From: a virus
Length of the DNA: 64,000 nt
Reading direction: 5' to 3' (one strand)
IMG/VR virus record: IMGVR_UViG_3300013137_002967
Span: 1-64,000 of that record
Every line of letters begins with the position of its first letter. Position 1 is the stretch's first letter. Positions 26,971 through 36,491 of this stretch are shown piece by piece. The notes beneath the pieces are model-generated. The model searched no databases. It was given only the letters and a program-made list of their open reading frames with translations, and had not been told where the DNA came from. The position numbers and the translations under genes were made by a program.

Positions 26971-27858
26971 TTATAAAATAATATTATTGGTGAATCCTGT
27001 TGTTAAATTTTCACCATCAAATACTAAGTTAATATTTATATCATACGGATTATAAGTATATTTATAATACACTCTGATAACATTATTTAAACTTTCAGGT
27101 ATATAGACATAGTTATTACAACGGCAATAATTTTCGTAGGTCCATACTTTTGTTAAATTGAATCTATCGCTAACCAAATCTAAAGAATTGAAATCTATTA
27201 AATTTTCTTTACAATAATCATTCACTGGCATTAAAGAAACTAAGCCAACATTTTGTATATTGATTGAATCAGCAAATTCTAAATATTTATATACTTCTTC
27301 TTTAGAATCTATATAACATTTGGTTAGATTACAAGTTAAATTTATAAGATTTTTATCTTGGCTACTAGATTGAATTTCTTTTATTTCTTCACTTGAAATA
27401 GAATTAAAGCCTAAAATTTGATTGTTAATTTCATCTATATAATGATGTCTGCTTAATGAAATACTATCAATTTCGTTAAAAACTTCTTCATCAGCTTTAA
27501 GTTTATTTAAATTTAATCCATTAGAGTTTAAAACAAAAGCTGTGTCTGGATAATATTCTCTAGTTAAAAGAATATTTTTTCTAAATTGTTCATAATTTAG
27601 TGTTGGTTCACCACCTGTAAAAGCAAATTTTTTAACTCTTACTTTATCTTTGACTTCATTTAGAATTGATAGATATTTATCATAATTAAAAGGAGATGCA
27701 TCATTATAAAATTCACAAAATTTACATTTTGCATTACAACCTTTAGAACGAACATAAATGTTTACATAGGGATCAATTGGTTCTGGCTCATAATTGTAAA
27801 ATTTGCAATAATGAGATCTTACTGGAATTTGTTTTCCAAATAATTCAATATAATTCAT
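26971..27858 (-). CDS. radical SAM protein
   Basis: CNAKCKFC (CxxxCxxC), FTGGEPTL, SNG. Confidence 0.9.
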   Translation of the reverse strand: MNYIELFGKQIPVRSHYCKFYNYEPEPIDPYVNIYVRSKGCNAKCKFCEFYNDASPFNYDKYLSILNEVKDKVRVKKFAFTGGEPTLNYEQFRKNILLTREYYPDTAFVLNSNGLNLNKLKADEEVFNEIDSISLSRHHYIDEINNQILGFNSISSEEIKEIQSSSQDKNLINLTCNLTKCYIDSKEEVYKYLEFADSINIQNVGLVSLMPVNDYCKENLIDFNSLDLVSDRFNLTKVWTYENYCRCNNYVYIPESLNNVIRVYYKYTYNPYDININLVFDGENLTTGFTNNIIL

Positions 27859-27869
27859 ATATTAAAAGA

Positions 27870-28253
27870 TTAACAACCTGTATTAGAACTACTACCGCAA
27901 CCTGAATAACTAGATGATCTTTTGACTGGTTTGCTAGGTGTACTTCCACATCCAACATTCCTACTTACACTACCACAACCAAAATCTATATTATCTTTAC
28001 TTGAAAGAAAAGATGGAAGTTTCGGTTTACTAGTTTTTTCAACAGCTATATCATTCTCCTTAAAGAATTTATTAACAACCTTAGTTGAAACTTCACCTTG
28101 CTCTTTAAGGAATTCAACTTGTTCTTTGAATTTAACTTTAGCTATTTTTTTAGATGTATATTTTTTTAAATAGAAAGAATAGAGATTAGTTAAAAGTGCT
28201 ATCTCATTACTACTACTTTCATTTATTTTCATAAATTCTCCAAAATTTTCCAT
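27870..28253 (-). CDS. protein with CTS-like start and GCGS-repeat tail
   Basis: FGCGS..VGCGS..SGCGS..TGC* directly upstream of the radical SAM gene. Confidence 0.65.
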   Translation of the reverse strand: MENFGEFMKINESSSNEIALLTNLYSFYLKKYTSKKIAKVKFKEQVEFLKEQGEVSTKVVNKFFKENDIAVEKTSKPKLPSFLSSKDNIDFGCGSVSRNVGCGSTPSKPVKRSSSYSGCGSSSNTGC

Positions 28254-28274
28254 ATGAGTTTTTTCTTTTATATA

Positions 28275-29246
28275 TTAAATATTAAAAGTAGTTTTTACAA
28301 TATTAATTGCTTTATTCGTTCTTTCATTCCAATCTGAACCTGAAACTCTATGACAGATTATATTATTTTTCTTAAAGAAATCTAAATAATAATTTTGTAA
28401 TCTATCACGTTCTTCTTTTGGTAATCTTGTACCATCTTGAATATAAGGTGCATCATTATCCAAGAATAAATACAAATCAAATTTATTTGTATCTTCAATC
28501 CATTTATCAAAAGTTATATCCCTATTAAATAGAAATTTCGCATAAATTTTTGTAGTAATTGCATCTGTATCACTAAACAGAATTTGATTTGAAGTTTGTC
28601 TTTTTTCACTTATATCTTTTGCGTGTAAATAAGCAATATCAAATAAATTTTGAAACTTACAATCCATTGTTTTATTTACAACAACTCTACCCCATTCTTG
28701 TACATAATTAGTTATAAAATATTTTGCTAATCTTTTTGTTAGAGTTGATTTTCCTGTTGATTCAGTACCAATTATGGCGACTTTCTTAACAAAATAAGGT
28801 TTTACATAATCCGGTAGATAAATCCAATATTTGAACGGATTTTCACGAATTAAAGTACCAGAAACTGGCATTATATCTCTATCAATATTATATGGAATAT
28901 GTTCAATACCAAGGATTTCAGCGACATAATCACCATATTTTTCTGATGAAAATATAATATCAAAATCTAATATAGATTTCAGATATTCAGCCCAAACTTT
29001 TGATACTTCCCAATCAGATTCGGAAGAAGATGGTAAATCAACATCTGTAAATTTCAATTCAACATTTTCATATTTTTCTACAAGTTTAGATAACCACCAC
29101 AACCTTGTTACACCTGGAATATCTTCATCTTTATTTACACAAAGTAAAACATATAATTTATCACATCTTTTAGATGCGAAATCTATTAATGCGTTGTGAC
29201 CCAGATGTAAAGGAAAAAATTTACCTAATACTAGTCCTGTTTTCAT
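28275..29246 (-). CDS. nadR: NadR-like NMN adenylyltransferase / ribosylnicotinamide kinase (no HTH)
   Basis: GKFFPLHLGH (HxGH), VSGTLIR, P-loop GTESTGKST, DTDAITT, DGTR. Confidence 0.9.
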   Translation of the reverse strand: MKTGLVLGKFFPLHLGHNALIDFASKRCDKLYVLLCVNKDEDIPGVTRLWWLSKLVEKYENVELKFTDVDLPSSSESDWEVSKVWAEYLKSILDFDIIFSSEKYGDYVAEILGIEHIPYNIDRDIMPVSGTLIRENPFKYWIYLPDYVKPYFVKKVAIIGTESTGKSTLTKRLAKYFITNYVQEWGRVVVNKTMDCKFQNLFDIAYLHAKDISEKRQTSNQILFSDTDAITTKIYAKFLFNRDITFDKWIEDTNKFDLYLFLDNDAPYIQDGTRLPKEERDRLQNYYLDFFKKNNIICHRVSGSDWNERTNKAINIVKTTFNI

Positions 29247-29505
29247 TTTTTATACTTTCTATGTATTCTTTACCAGCAGGATCTCCAAAAACAACATTAT
29301 TTAATGCTATCCTAAATTCATCTACTAATAAATCAACAACATTTTGTTTGAATTCATTATGTTCAATACCAAAATATTCGTAATTATCAATACTTTCTAA
29401 CCAATGATTGGTTGAAAATTTATATTGATAATGACAAATAAATTCTTTTAAATCTGTTCTTTCGATGTTGAAAGATAGTTTTTTTTTAATTTCAATTTCT
29501 TTCAT
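29221..29505 (-). CDS. hypothetical protein
   Basis: ORF between pnuC and nadR. Confidence 0.5.
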   Translation of the reverse strand: MKEIEIKKKLSFNIERTDLKEFICHYQYKFSTNHWLESIDNYEYFGIEHNEFKQNVVDLLVDEFRIALNNVVFGDPAGKEYIESIKNENRTSIR

Positions 29506-30047
29506 ATTATTTTACTCCATTTTTTTAAGGCTACCAAATCCATAATTATAAATATAATTGCTTGTCCAGCAATTAGATAAAATCCTAAAGAAGAATATAA
29601 AATTAGAGATATTATATTTACCGACATCCAGACATACCAACTTTCAATTTTCTTTAATGATAATAATATTGTTCCAATGATTGAGAGAACAAAAATTGAC
29701 ATGTCTAAATATGGATAAGGATCTGATACATTAGGTATGTAATTTATAAGTGAGCCACATGTTATTATAGAAACTATTGATATTAAAAATATAGATATTC
29801 TTTTTAGCCATGTTAAGTTACTGATTTGTTTTATATCTTCCTTATTCCATTTTAACCATCCATTTATGCTAACAAATATTAAAATTATTTGAAGTGCGGC
29901 ATTGGCATAGGTTTGAGTATTAAAATAGATAATTCCAAATAGAATACTAGATACAATACCAACAATCCATGTCCATTTGTTTACTTTCATAGCAAAGTAA
30001 ACAGAAAGAAAATATGCTATAACACCGAATATTTCAAGATATTTCAT
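29502..30047 (-). CDS. pnuC: nicotinamide riboside transporter PnuC family
   Basis: Multi-TM; WxxGI, GWxxW, PYLD, KKIESWYVW motifs. Confidence 0.88.
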   Translation of the reverse strand: MKYLEIFGVIAYFLSVYFAMKVNKWTWIVGIVSSILFGIIYFNTQTYANAALQIILIFVSINGWLKWNKEDIKQISNLTWLKRISIFLISIVSIITCGSLINYIPNVSDPYPYLDMSIFVLSIIGTILLSLKKIESWYVWMSVNIISLILYSSLGFYLIAGQAIIFIIMDLVALKKWSKII

Positions 30048-32065
30048 AAATTAAATTTAAGATTCACAAAATAATTAGTGCCTGATTGTCTAAAATATAA
30101 AGGTGTTCCATCAAATGCCATTAATCCATTAGTGTATATGTCTTTATTTGTGATATTGTTAATGAATAAATTTAATTCTATTCTTCTGGTTAATAACATT
30201 TTAAAATTTAGATTTAGAATAAAGAAATCATCTAATTTATATTGATTTGTGAGATCGATATAGGATTCGCTTTGATATCTACTGTTTAAACAAATAGTAA
30301 CTCTTTTAAATTTATAAAGAATATCTTGATTAATAATTATATTTGGTGTTAGAACTGGATTAAATTCATTTTCACCTACTTTTATTTTATTATAAGAAAA
30401 AGATGAATTATTGATTAATTCTAATTTTCCAATCTTATATTTTATATCAGATTCCAATCCAGATCTGAAACTATTATCTACATTGGTATGTAAGAGAAGT
30501 CCTGTTGGTCCAAAATACCCATTCAAAGTGATTTCATCTTTGAATTTCATGTAATAATAATTAATATTTAAAATTAAATTAGTTCCTAAATATCTAATAC
30601 CTAACTCATTATCTAATACAGATTCTGTTTTCATATTATTATAAATGCCTATTCCTAAAGAATCAGCATATAAATTATCCATTCCCATAAAAATATCATT
30701 TCTAGTTGGCTCACGATGAGTTTGACCTATACTATAGTAGAATATTAATTTATTAAAACTTTTTTCAATACCAATGGTTGGATTAAAGAAATTCCAATTA
30801 AATTGATTTATATTCACATCACCTTTATATGTAAAATTTGAAAATCTATATTGATAATCCTGGAATAAATTAAATCCTTTAAAATTATAAATCATTTTAA
30901 AGAATGCTGTAGCTTCACTTCTATAACCGGTATTAAAATATTCATAATCATAATTTATAGAATTTAATGAATGATACTTATTTATATCTATCCAAGTTTG
31001 TCCATTATGTTTTCTTGAATATGTTTGAGCATTAATTCCACTATAAATAGTTACATTATTATAACGATAGATATAATTTGTATAAAAACCAAGTGTATTA
31101 GACTTTAAATTATATTTATCAATACTACCAAAATTATTATCTGAAACATGTGACCAGTTGATTGGGTCATATTGATAAGTGTAACTACCATCTAAATAAT
31201 TATAATAAATAGCTGAGTTTAGATTAGATTTACTATTGATTTGATAATTATGGTGAAATTGTAAACGAAATTGTGTAAAAACATCGTGTTCATTGTCAGT
31301 ACAAGAATTATATTTAGGATTTAATTTTAATTGTTCTTTTGTAGAACCGAGCCAGGATAATTCGTTCTTTTGATTACCAATAAATGCAATTAATTTGAAT
31401 GTATTTTTCTTATATTTATTCTGAGTGGCAAAGAAAAATGATTTTGATTTATTTCCTGAATGGTCTCTATAGCCATCTGATGATATTGAGCTTAAACGAC
31501 CATAAAAATGATTTGTGCCTAATCCAATTGAATATTTTTTTGAATTGAAAGAACCTAAGCCTGCATCTAATTCAATACTTCTTCTTGGATCTAATGATTC
31601 AAAATTTAAACTACCTGCAAAATTAGCAATTCCATTTTTTGACATACCTACACCTCGTTGTATTTGAATCATCTTAATAGATTGTAGAAAATCTGGGTAA
31701 TTAGAAAAATAGCAACCTTGATCCTCAGGTTCATTTAAAGGAACACCATTTAATGTCATGTTAATTCGTGTCTGATCAATACCTCTTAATCTTAGATAAG
31801 AGTAACCCCAACTACTACCTGCATCTGAGTAAGAGGTTATAGATGATGTATTGGCTAGAATTTGTGATGGTTCTTGACCAAAATTTTTATAAGATAAATC
31901 TTTTTCTGTTAGATTTTTAAATGTAATTGGAATATTATTAGTTGCTTGATATGGTAAACTAGCAACTACTTCAACTTGTTTAATTTTAATAGTGTCTTTA
32001 TCTAGATTTTGAGAATATAAATTTAATCCCAGAATAGAGATAAACAATAGTAAATACCTTTTCAT
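30044..32065 (-). CDS. TonB-dependent outer-membrane receptor
   Basis: Signal peptide, plug SDAGSSWGYSYLRLRGIDQTRINMTLNGVPLNEPE, REPT, NNITNK, beta-strand end FVNLKFNL. Confidence 0.88.
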   Translation of the reverse strand: MKRYLLLFISILGLNLYSQNLDKDTIKIKQVEVVASLPYQATNNIPITFKNLTEKDLSYKNFGQEPSQILANTSSITSYSDAGSSWGYSYLRLRGIDQTRINMTLNGVPLNEPEDQGCYFSNYPDFLQSIKMIQIQRGVGMSKNGIANFAGSLNFESLDPRRSIELDAGLGSFNSKKYSIGLGTNHFYGRLSSISSDGYRDHSGNKSKSFFFATQNKYKKNTFKLIAFIGNQKNELSWLGSTKEQLKLNPKYNSCTDNEHDVFTQFRLQFHHNYQINSKSNLNSAIYYNYLDGSYTYQYDPINWSHVSDNNFGSIDKYNLKSNTLGFYTNYIYRYNNVTIYSGINAQTYSRKHNGQTWIDINKYHSLNSINYDYEYFNTGYRSEATAFFKMIYNFKGFNLFQDYQYRFSNFTYKGDVNINQFNWNFFNPTIGIEKSFNKLIFYYSIGQTHREPTRNDIFMGMDNLYADSLGIGIYNNMKTESVLDNELGIRYLGTNLILNINYYYMKFKDEITLNGYFGPTGLLLHTNVDNSFRSGLESDIKYKIGKLELINNSSFSYNKIKVGENEFNPVLTPNIIINQDILYKFKRVTICLNSRYQSESYIDLTNQYKLDDFFILNLNFKMLLTRRIELNLFINNITNKDIYTNGLMAFDGTPLYFRQSGTNYFVNLKFNL

Positions 32066-32107
32066 AAAAATTGATTTTAGTTAATGTGCAAATTTAGCAA
32101 AAATATA

Positions 32108-32401
32108 TTAAACGGAATCTAATTTTTGTAATTTTTCTTTTCTTTCTTCTTTTATGGATTTACCAAAATCTTCACACCAAATTGGAGTTTTTTCACCCAT
32201 AAAAGCATCTGCTACATTATAATAAAAATATTCAGTAGCATCTTCTTCATTTTCAATGTCTTTCATGAGAATTCCTATACATTTAGAAACAGAATATATT
32301 AATCTCAAAGAAGATGGTTCTACACCAATAACAGCATCATTAAAACCATCAGCAATTAAAAATTCTTCATCTGGGAAATTTTCTAAGATTTTGTCAAGCA
32401 T
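32108..32401 (-). CDS. phage hypothetical protein with C-terminal RxxKL tag
   Basis: ADGFNDAVIG...EYFYYNV...MGEKTP; ends RKEKLQKLDSV; start trimmed to MLDKIL. Confidence 0.7.
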   Translation of the reverse strand: MLDKILENFPDEEFLIADGFNDAVIGVEPSSLRLIYSVSKCIGILMKDIENEEDATEYFYYNVADAFMGEKTPIWCEDFGKSIKEERKEKLQKLDSV

Positions 32402-32402
32402 A

Positions 32403-32630
32403 TTATTTTTCGGTCTCGTGACCGCATTTACTACAAGCATAAAAATCTTTATACATACCTGGACATACAATCATATATTCATGTTCACAACTATCTTGTA
32501 TATCTTCTATTTGTTGTTCTATTCTACGTTGTTCGGCTTTACAATCATTTAAATCATTTACTAATGAAATTATTCTTTCATTATCATGTCCTTCATATTC
32601 TTTTTCGTGATTATAAGTAATTTTTTTCAT
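32403..32630 (-). CDS. small coiled-coil plus Zn-ribbon protein
   Basis: CEHEY...CSKCGH. Confidence 0.55.
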   Translation of the reverse strand: MKKITYNHEKEYEGHDNERIISLVNDLNDCKAEQRRIEQQIEDIQDSCEHEYMIVCPGMYKDFYACSKCGHETEK

Positions 32631-32637
32631 AGATTTT

Positions 32638-32844
32638 TTATCTTATAGTATTAGCGATACTATTAATTTTATCTGAGATTTCTTTTACAAAAGCATCATT
32701 TTCTTTTTTTGTGTCAAAAGTATTTATCTTTGTATTATACTTATCAACTAATTCGTTGATTTCTTTTACTTTTTCGTTGTTAGTTGGATCTTCGTACGTA
32801 CCAAAATAACCTCTCTTACCTTGTTGTAAATAATATTCTTTCAT
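32638..32844 (-). CDS. hypothetical protein
   Basis: ORF in operon. Confidence 0.5.
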   Translation of the reverse strand: MKEYYLQQGKRGYFGTYEDPTNNEKVKEINELVDKYNTKINTFDTKKENDAFVKEISDKINSIANTIR

Positions 32845-32846
32845 TT

Positions 32847-33290
32847 TTAATCTATTATTAGTTTACCTTTTAAATGATCATATTCGTGTTGAATAATAAT
32901 AGCTAGTAAGTCTTTGTGTTCGACTAATCTAAGAACCCAATTTCTATCAAAATATCTAATTTGAATTTTTTCTTTTCTATTAACAGGAAATTGCATATCA
33001 GGAAAACTTAAACAACCTTCTACAACTTGTAAAGATAGACCCTCCAATAAAATTTCAGGATTGATGAATGTTTCTCTAAATCCGTTAAAATTAACAATAA
33101 ATAGATTAAGATTATGTCCAACTTGTGGAGCGGCTAAACCTACTGCTTTTGGATGTAAATCCAATGTTTCAAACATATCATTTATTAATTGTTGTAAAAA
33201 AGTATTCTCTTTTTTGACATCAATATTTTTAGATCTTAATTTACTGGAATTTGTTTCACCATATTTTATGATATCCAATTCCATCATCAT
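32847..33290 (-). CDS. def: peptide deformylase
   Basis: GLAAPQVG, EGCLS, QHEYDHL motifs. Confidence 0.95.
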   Translation of the reverse strand: MMMELDIIKYGETNSSKLRSKNIDVKKENTFLQQLINDMFETLDLHPKAVGLAAPQVGHNLNLFIVNFNGFRETFINPEILLEGLSLQVVEGCLSFPDMQFPVNRKEKIQIRYFDRNWVLRLVEHKDLLAIIIQHEYDHLKGKLIID

Positions 33291-33502
33291 TTATCTTTTT
33301 TTGATTTTTTCTTGGATTTAGATGGCTCTTTTTCTTCATTTTTTTCTTCCTTGGTCTGTTTCTCAACTTTATAAAAGTCTTTATATTCTGCTCTTGAGCA
33401 GTATTTCCAACCTTCGCCTAAAAGTCTTCTAATAAGAAGAAGTTCTTGAACATTTCCCTCTGGCATTTTTTTGAAATCATCACCTTTTCTCAAAATTTTC
33501 AT
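33287..33502 (-). CDS. hypothetical basic protein
   Basis: ORF only. Confidence 0.55.
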   Translation of the reverse strand: MKILRKGDDFKKMPEGNVQELLLIRRLLGEGWKYCSRAEYKDFYKVEKQTKEEKNEEKEPSKSKKKSKKDK

Positions 33503-33535
33503 TTTTGCGTCTTTATTTTTAATTTATATAATTTT

Positions 33536-34045
33536 TTATAACTCAAGTTTTTTAATTTTTTTTAATTTTAAAGCTCTAATTTCCCTTTTAGAGAATAATT
33601 TGAACTTTGTTTGAAGAATGATATGAGAAAAAATTCTATCTTCCATTAATTCTTCTTTTTGTTCTATTGTAAAGGTTTTTAAAAGTTCTTTTAATTCCAT
33701 TTTTTCACTTTTAGTGAAATAAAAACCATCTTTATGATCATATGAAAGTTCAGTTAATACCCCGTAAATAGGCTCTTTATAAATATTGTAACCTTTAATT
33801 GGTAAGAGTTTTTTTATTGGTTCATCAAATTTTTTTGATACATAGAAAATAAAAGATGATAACATTTCTTTTAGAAAATCTATACCAACATATTCACCCA
33901 ACGATCTACTAGATGTATATTCGTTGAACCATTCTGTTGGATCAATATTTAACTTCAGACAAATTTTATCTATTTCTTTTATCTGTTTATTAGTCTTCTT
34001 ACTAATCCAACTATCAAATACATTTCTAAAAGTTTCCATCTTCAA
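33536..34045 (-). CDS. hypothetical protein with C-terminal RxxKL tag
   Basis: Ends IRALKLKKIKKLEL. Confidence 0.6.
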   Translation of the reverse strand: MKMETFRNVFDSWISKKTNKQIKEIDKICLKLNIDPTEWFNEYTSSRSLGEYVGIDFLKEMLSSFIFYVSKKFDEPIKKLLPIKGYNIYKEPIYGVLTELSYDHKDGFYFTKSEKMELKELLKTFTIEQKEELMEDRIFSHIILQTKFKLFSKREIRALKLKKIKKLEL

Positions 34046-34248
34046 TTTTTTTTAATTTTCTATATCTCAGTTCACTTATAGTAAAAAATAATCTTTAATA
34101 ATGAAGAGAAGAAATGCCGAAAAAGAGGATCTGCATACTCGGTAGCGACTTTGCAAACTTTTCTGTCAATATAGTTTCTTCTGAAACCAACATTTCTTAC
34201 TTTGTCACAAAGATAATAAATGAAAATTAAAAAACAAATTTTAAAATG

Positions 34249-34276
34249 AAAAAAGGGCATCTCCCGATGCCCTTTT
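34249..34276. terminator. intrinsic terminator hairpin
   Basis: AAAAGGGCATC-TCCC-GATGCCCTTTT. Confidence 0.8.
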
Positions 34277-34393
34277 CAACAGCCACTAGAACAATTAGTT
34301 ACTGGCCTTAAAAAATACCGAATCGTTACGAGTGCTCTCATACTAAATTTGATTTGATTTTTTTAATATATATTAAAAAAATAATATAATTTT

Positions 34394-34771
34394 ATGAAAA
34401 ATATTAGAAATTTTAACGAATTTGATCTTATAAAAGAAAATATTCTAGATGATGATGATGATGAAAATAAGTGGGAAGTTAGAATAAATGGTAAAACAGA
34501 TTCTTATTGGGAATATAAACACGATGCTATTGATGCAATTGTAGAAATTTTAGATACACAAGGTGATGAAGCTGGATTAGATGGTTACGAAGATCCAGAA
34601 GAAGAGTATGAAATGTCAACAGGTGAAATTTGTGATATGTTGAGTGATTTAGATGAATCTGATTTTTATGATAAACTTGAAGAACTTATAGAATTTGTCG
34701 GATACGAAGAAGATATTAAATTAATTAATATCGCTGACGAAGATGAAATAGAATTCTTAGATGAAGATTAA
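34394..34771 (+). CDS. acidic protein with CTS-like start
   Basis: MKNIRNFNEFDLIKE. Confidence 0.65.
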   Translation: MKNIRNFNEFDLIKENILDDDDDENKWEVRINGKTDSYWEYKHDAIDAIVEILDTQGDEAGLDGYEDPEEEYEMSTGEICDMLSDLDESDFYDKLEELIEFVGYEEDIKLINIADEDEIEFLDED

Positions 34772-34772
34772 A

Positions 34773-35486
34773 CTATAAATCTAAGCTAAATAAAGCTAAA
34801 TCATATTTGATAGGATCTACAGGATCTAATTGACGTAAATGACTGGTAATTTCAACAACAGATTTCCAGTCATTTTGCTTTCTGGTGATAAATCCTAATT
34901 CTCTTGAAATGTTACCTACATGAACATCTAAAGGAATATAAAGATTTGCGGGATCTATTTTTTTCCAAATACCTAAATCTACATTATCTTTTCTTACCAT
35001 CCATCTCAAAAAGAAATTTAATCTTTTAGCAGCAGAATTTTTATCTATATTGGATATGTGTCTTTCTGATCTCTTTTCGTGTGGTAAACTAAAAAATATA
35101 TTCCAAAAATCTATTAAACTTTCTTCAATGTTATTTGAAAATAGAAGTTCTAATCCGCCATTATTATAAATATGCTGTAGTGTATTAAGATAATATATCA
35201 TATCAATATCATTAATTGTTCGATGAACAAAACCTTTTATGTTAGAAAAATCACCTTTCATTAAAAAATAATAAGGAAGATTATTCATTCTTCTCATTAA
35301 ATCATTTGCTTTATTTATAATAATTTCTCTTTTACCAAATGCTAAAATAGAAGTAAGAAACGCAGATATTTCAATATCATCTTTCTTTAAGAATCTACGT
35401 GGAATCTGTATTGGATCCTTCATAACAAAACTAATAGAATTATTATGATTATATGCTTCATCCAGTTTATCTTTGAGAGATCTCAT
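34773..35486 (-). CDS. TIGR02757/DUF2400 family protein (HhH-GPD-like)
   Basis: DPIQIP, SAAKRLNxFLRWMVR, IPLDVHV, DPxDPIKYDxALF. Confidence 0.85.
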   Translation of the reverse strand: MRSLKDKLDEAYNHNNSISFVMKDPIQIPRRFLKKDDIEISAFLTSILAFGKREIIINKANDLMRRMNNLPYYFLMKGDFSNIKGFVHRTINDIDMIYYLNTLQHIYNNGGLELLFSNNIEESLIDFWNIFFSLPHEKRSERHISNIDKNSAAKRLNFFLRWMVRKDNVDLGIWKKIDPANLYIPLDVHVGNISRELGFITRKQNDWKSVVEITSHLRQLDPVDPIKYDLALFSLDL

Positions 35487-35598
35487 TAATCTTTTTTATT
35501 TTTTGTTTTCTTTGATTGTAAATATCTGCATCTAAAATAATTTGAATTTTTTGCTTTATTTCATTTTAAATTTTTATATATACTAAAAAATAAGAAAA

Positions 35599-36216
35599 TT
35601 GATGAGACATATAAAATTATTTGAATCAGAAAAAAACTACAAAGTTTTAGCAACTAATGATTCCTATTATAGTTGGGAATATGATAATAGTCATGCTCAC
35701 GCTGCGATACTTTTAGATGAAAGTGATAATTCTCTATATTTGAAAATTACCAATACACATGTAAAAACTGGATTAGGTGCTGGTACTTTCCCAAAACCAG
35801 GTGAATTTGTTAGAATTGGAGATTTAAATAAAGCTAATTTAGCAATGGTTAGAGAATTATTAAAGAAACATCAATATGAACAAAGTAAATTTAAGAGATT
35901 TTGGGAAGATGAAGAAGGTAATAAAATGTCTCTAACTGATTTATTGAAAGAACTTAAACCACAAAAAACACCTTTAAAACATATTAAGCCTATTACATCA
36001 TTTGAAGAGGTGCCAATAACTAAAAATATAGAATTAGTAAAATATTCTGATCGTGCTTATGCTCTTTTTGGTGAAGGTACAAGAAATATTAAAGATGATT
36101 TAATTGCATTAGGTTGTAGATATAATAAATTTTTGACAGATCCTTCAACAGGTCAAAAAAGGCCAGGTTGGATATTCCCAACAAGCAAATTAGATAAAAT
36201 AAAAGAATTATTATGA
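35599..36216 (+). CDS. hypothetical protein with CTS-like start
   Basis: MRHIKLFES; C-terminal YSDRAYALFG...LGCRYN...PGWIF domain. Confidence 0.65.
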   Translation: MMRHIKLFESEKNYKVLATNDSYYSWEYDNSHAHAAILLDESDNSLYLKITNTHVKTGLGAGTFPKPGEFVRIGDLNKANLAMVRELLKKHQYEQSKFKRFWEDEEGNKMSLTDLLKELKPQKTPLKHIKPITSFEEVPITKNIELVKYSDRAYALFGEGTRNIKDDLIALGCRYNKFLTDPSTGQKRPGWIFPTSKLDKIKELL

Positions 36217-36434
36217 AAAATGGTGATATAATCAAATATAAATACGGTAGTGAAACTAATCAAGAATTCGTTGTTATTATTTCAGTCGAAACTATGAATG
36301 GTATTATAATATTTGATAATATAATTGGTGGTGCTGTTGGAGATACCACAATAGGTTATAGTTTAGATGATTATGAACAAACGACTTATATAGAATTTGC
36401 CAATTTTCTAAAATATAATAATATTAATATTTAA
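36213..36434 (+). CDS. hypothetical protein
   Basis: ATGA-coupled ORF. Confidence 0.5.
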   Translation: MKNGDIIKYKYGSETNQEFVVIISVETMNGIIIFDNIIGGAVGDTTIGYSLDDYEQTTYIEFANFLKYNNINI

Positions 36435-36491
36435 AAAAGAAAAAGCCTCTATTTTAAGAGGCTTTTTTTAGTAGACAGACAGAGGAAAAGT

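Noticed and set aside
32066-32110. TPP or other riboswitch ahead of the TonB receptor
   Set aside because: Only about 23 nt separate the promoter from the ATG, and no TPP consensus (CTGAGA, ACCTG) is present.
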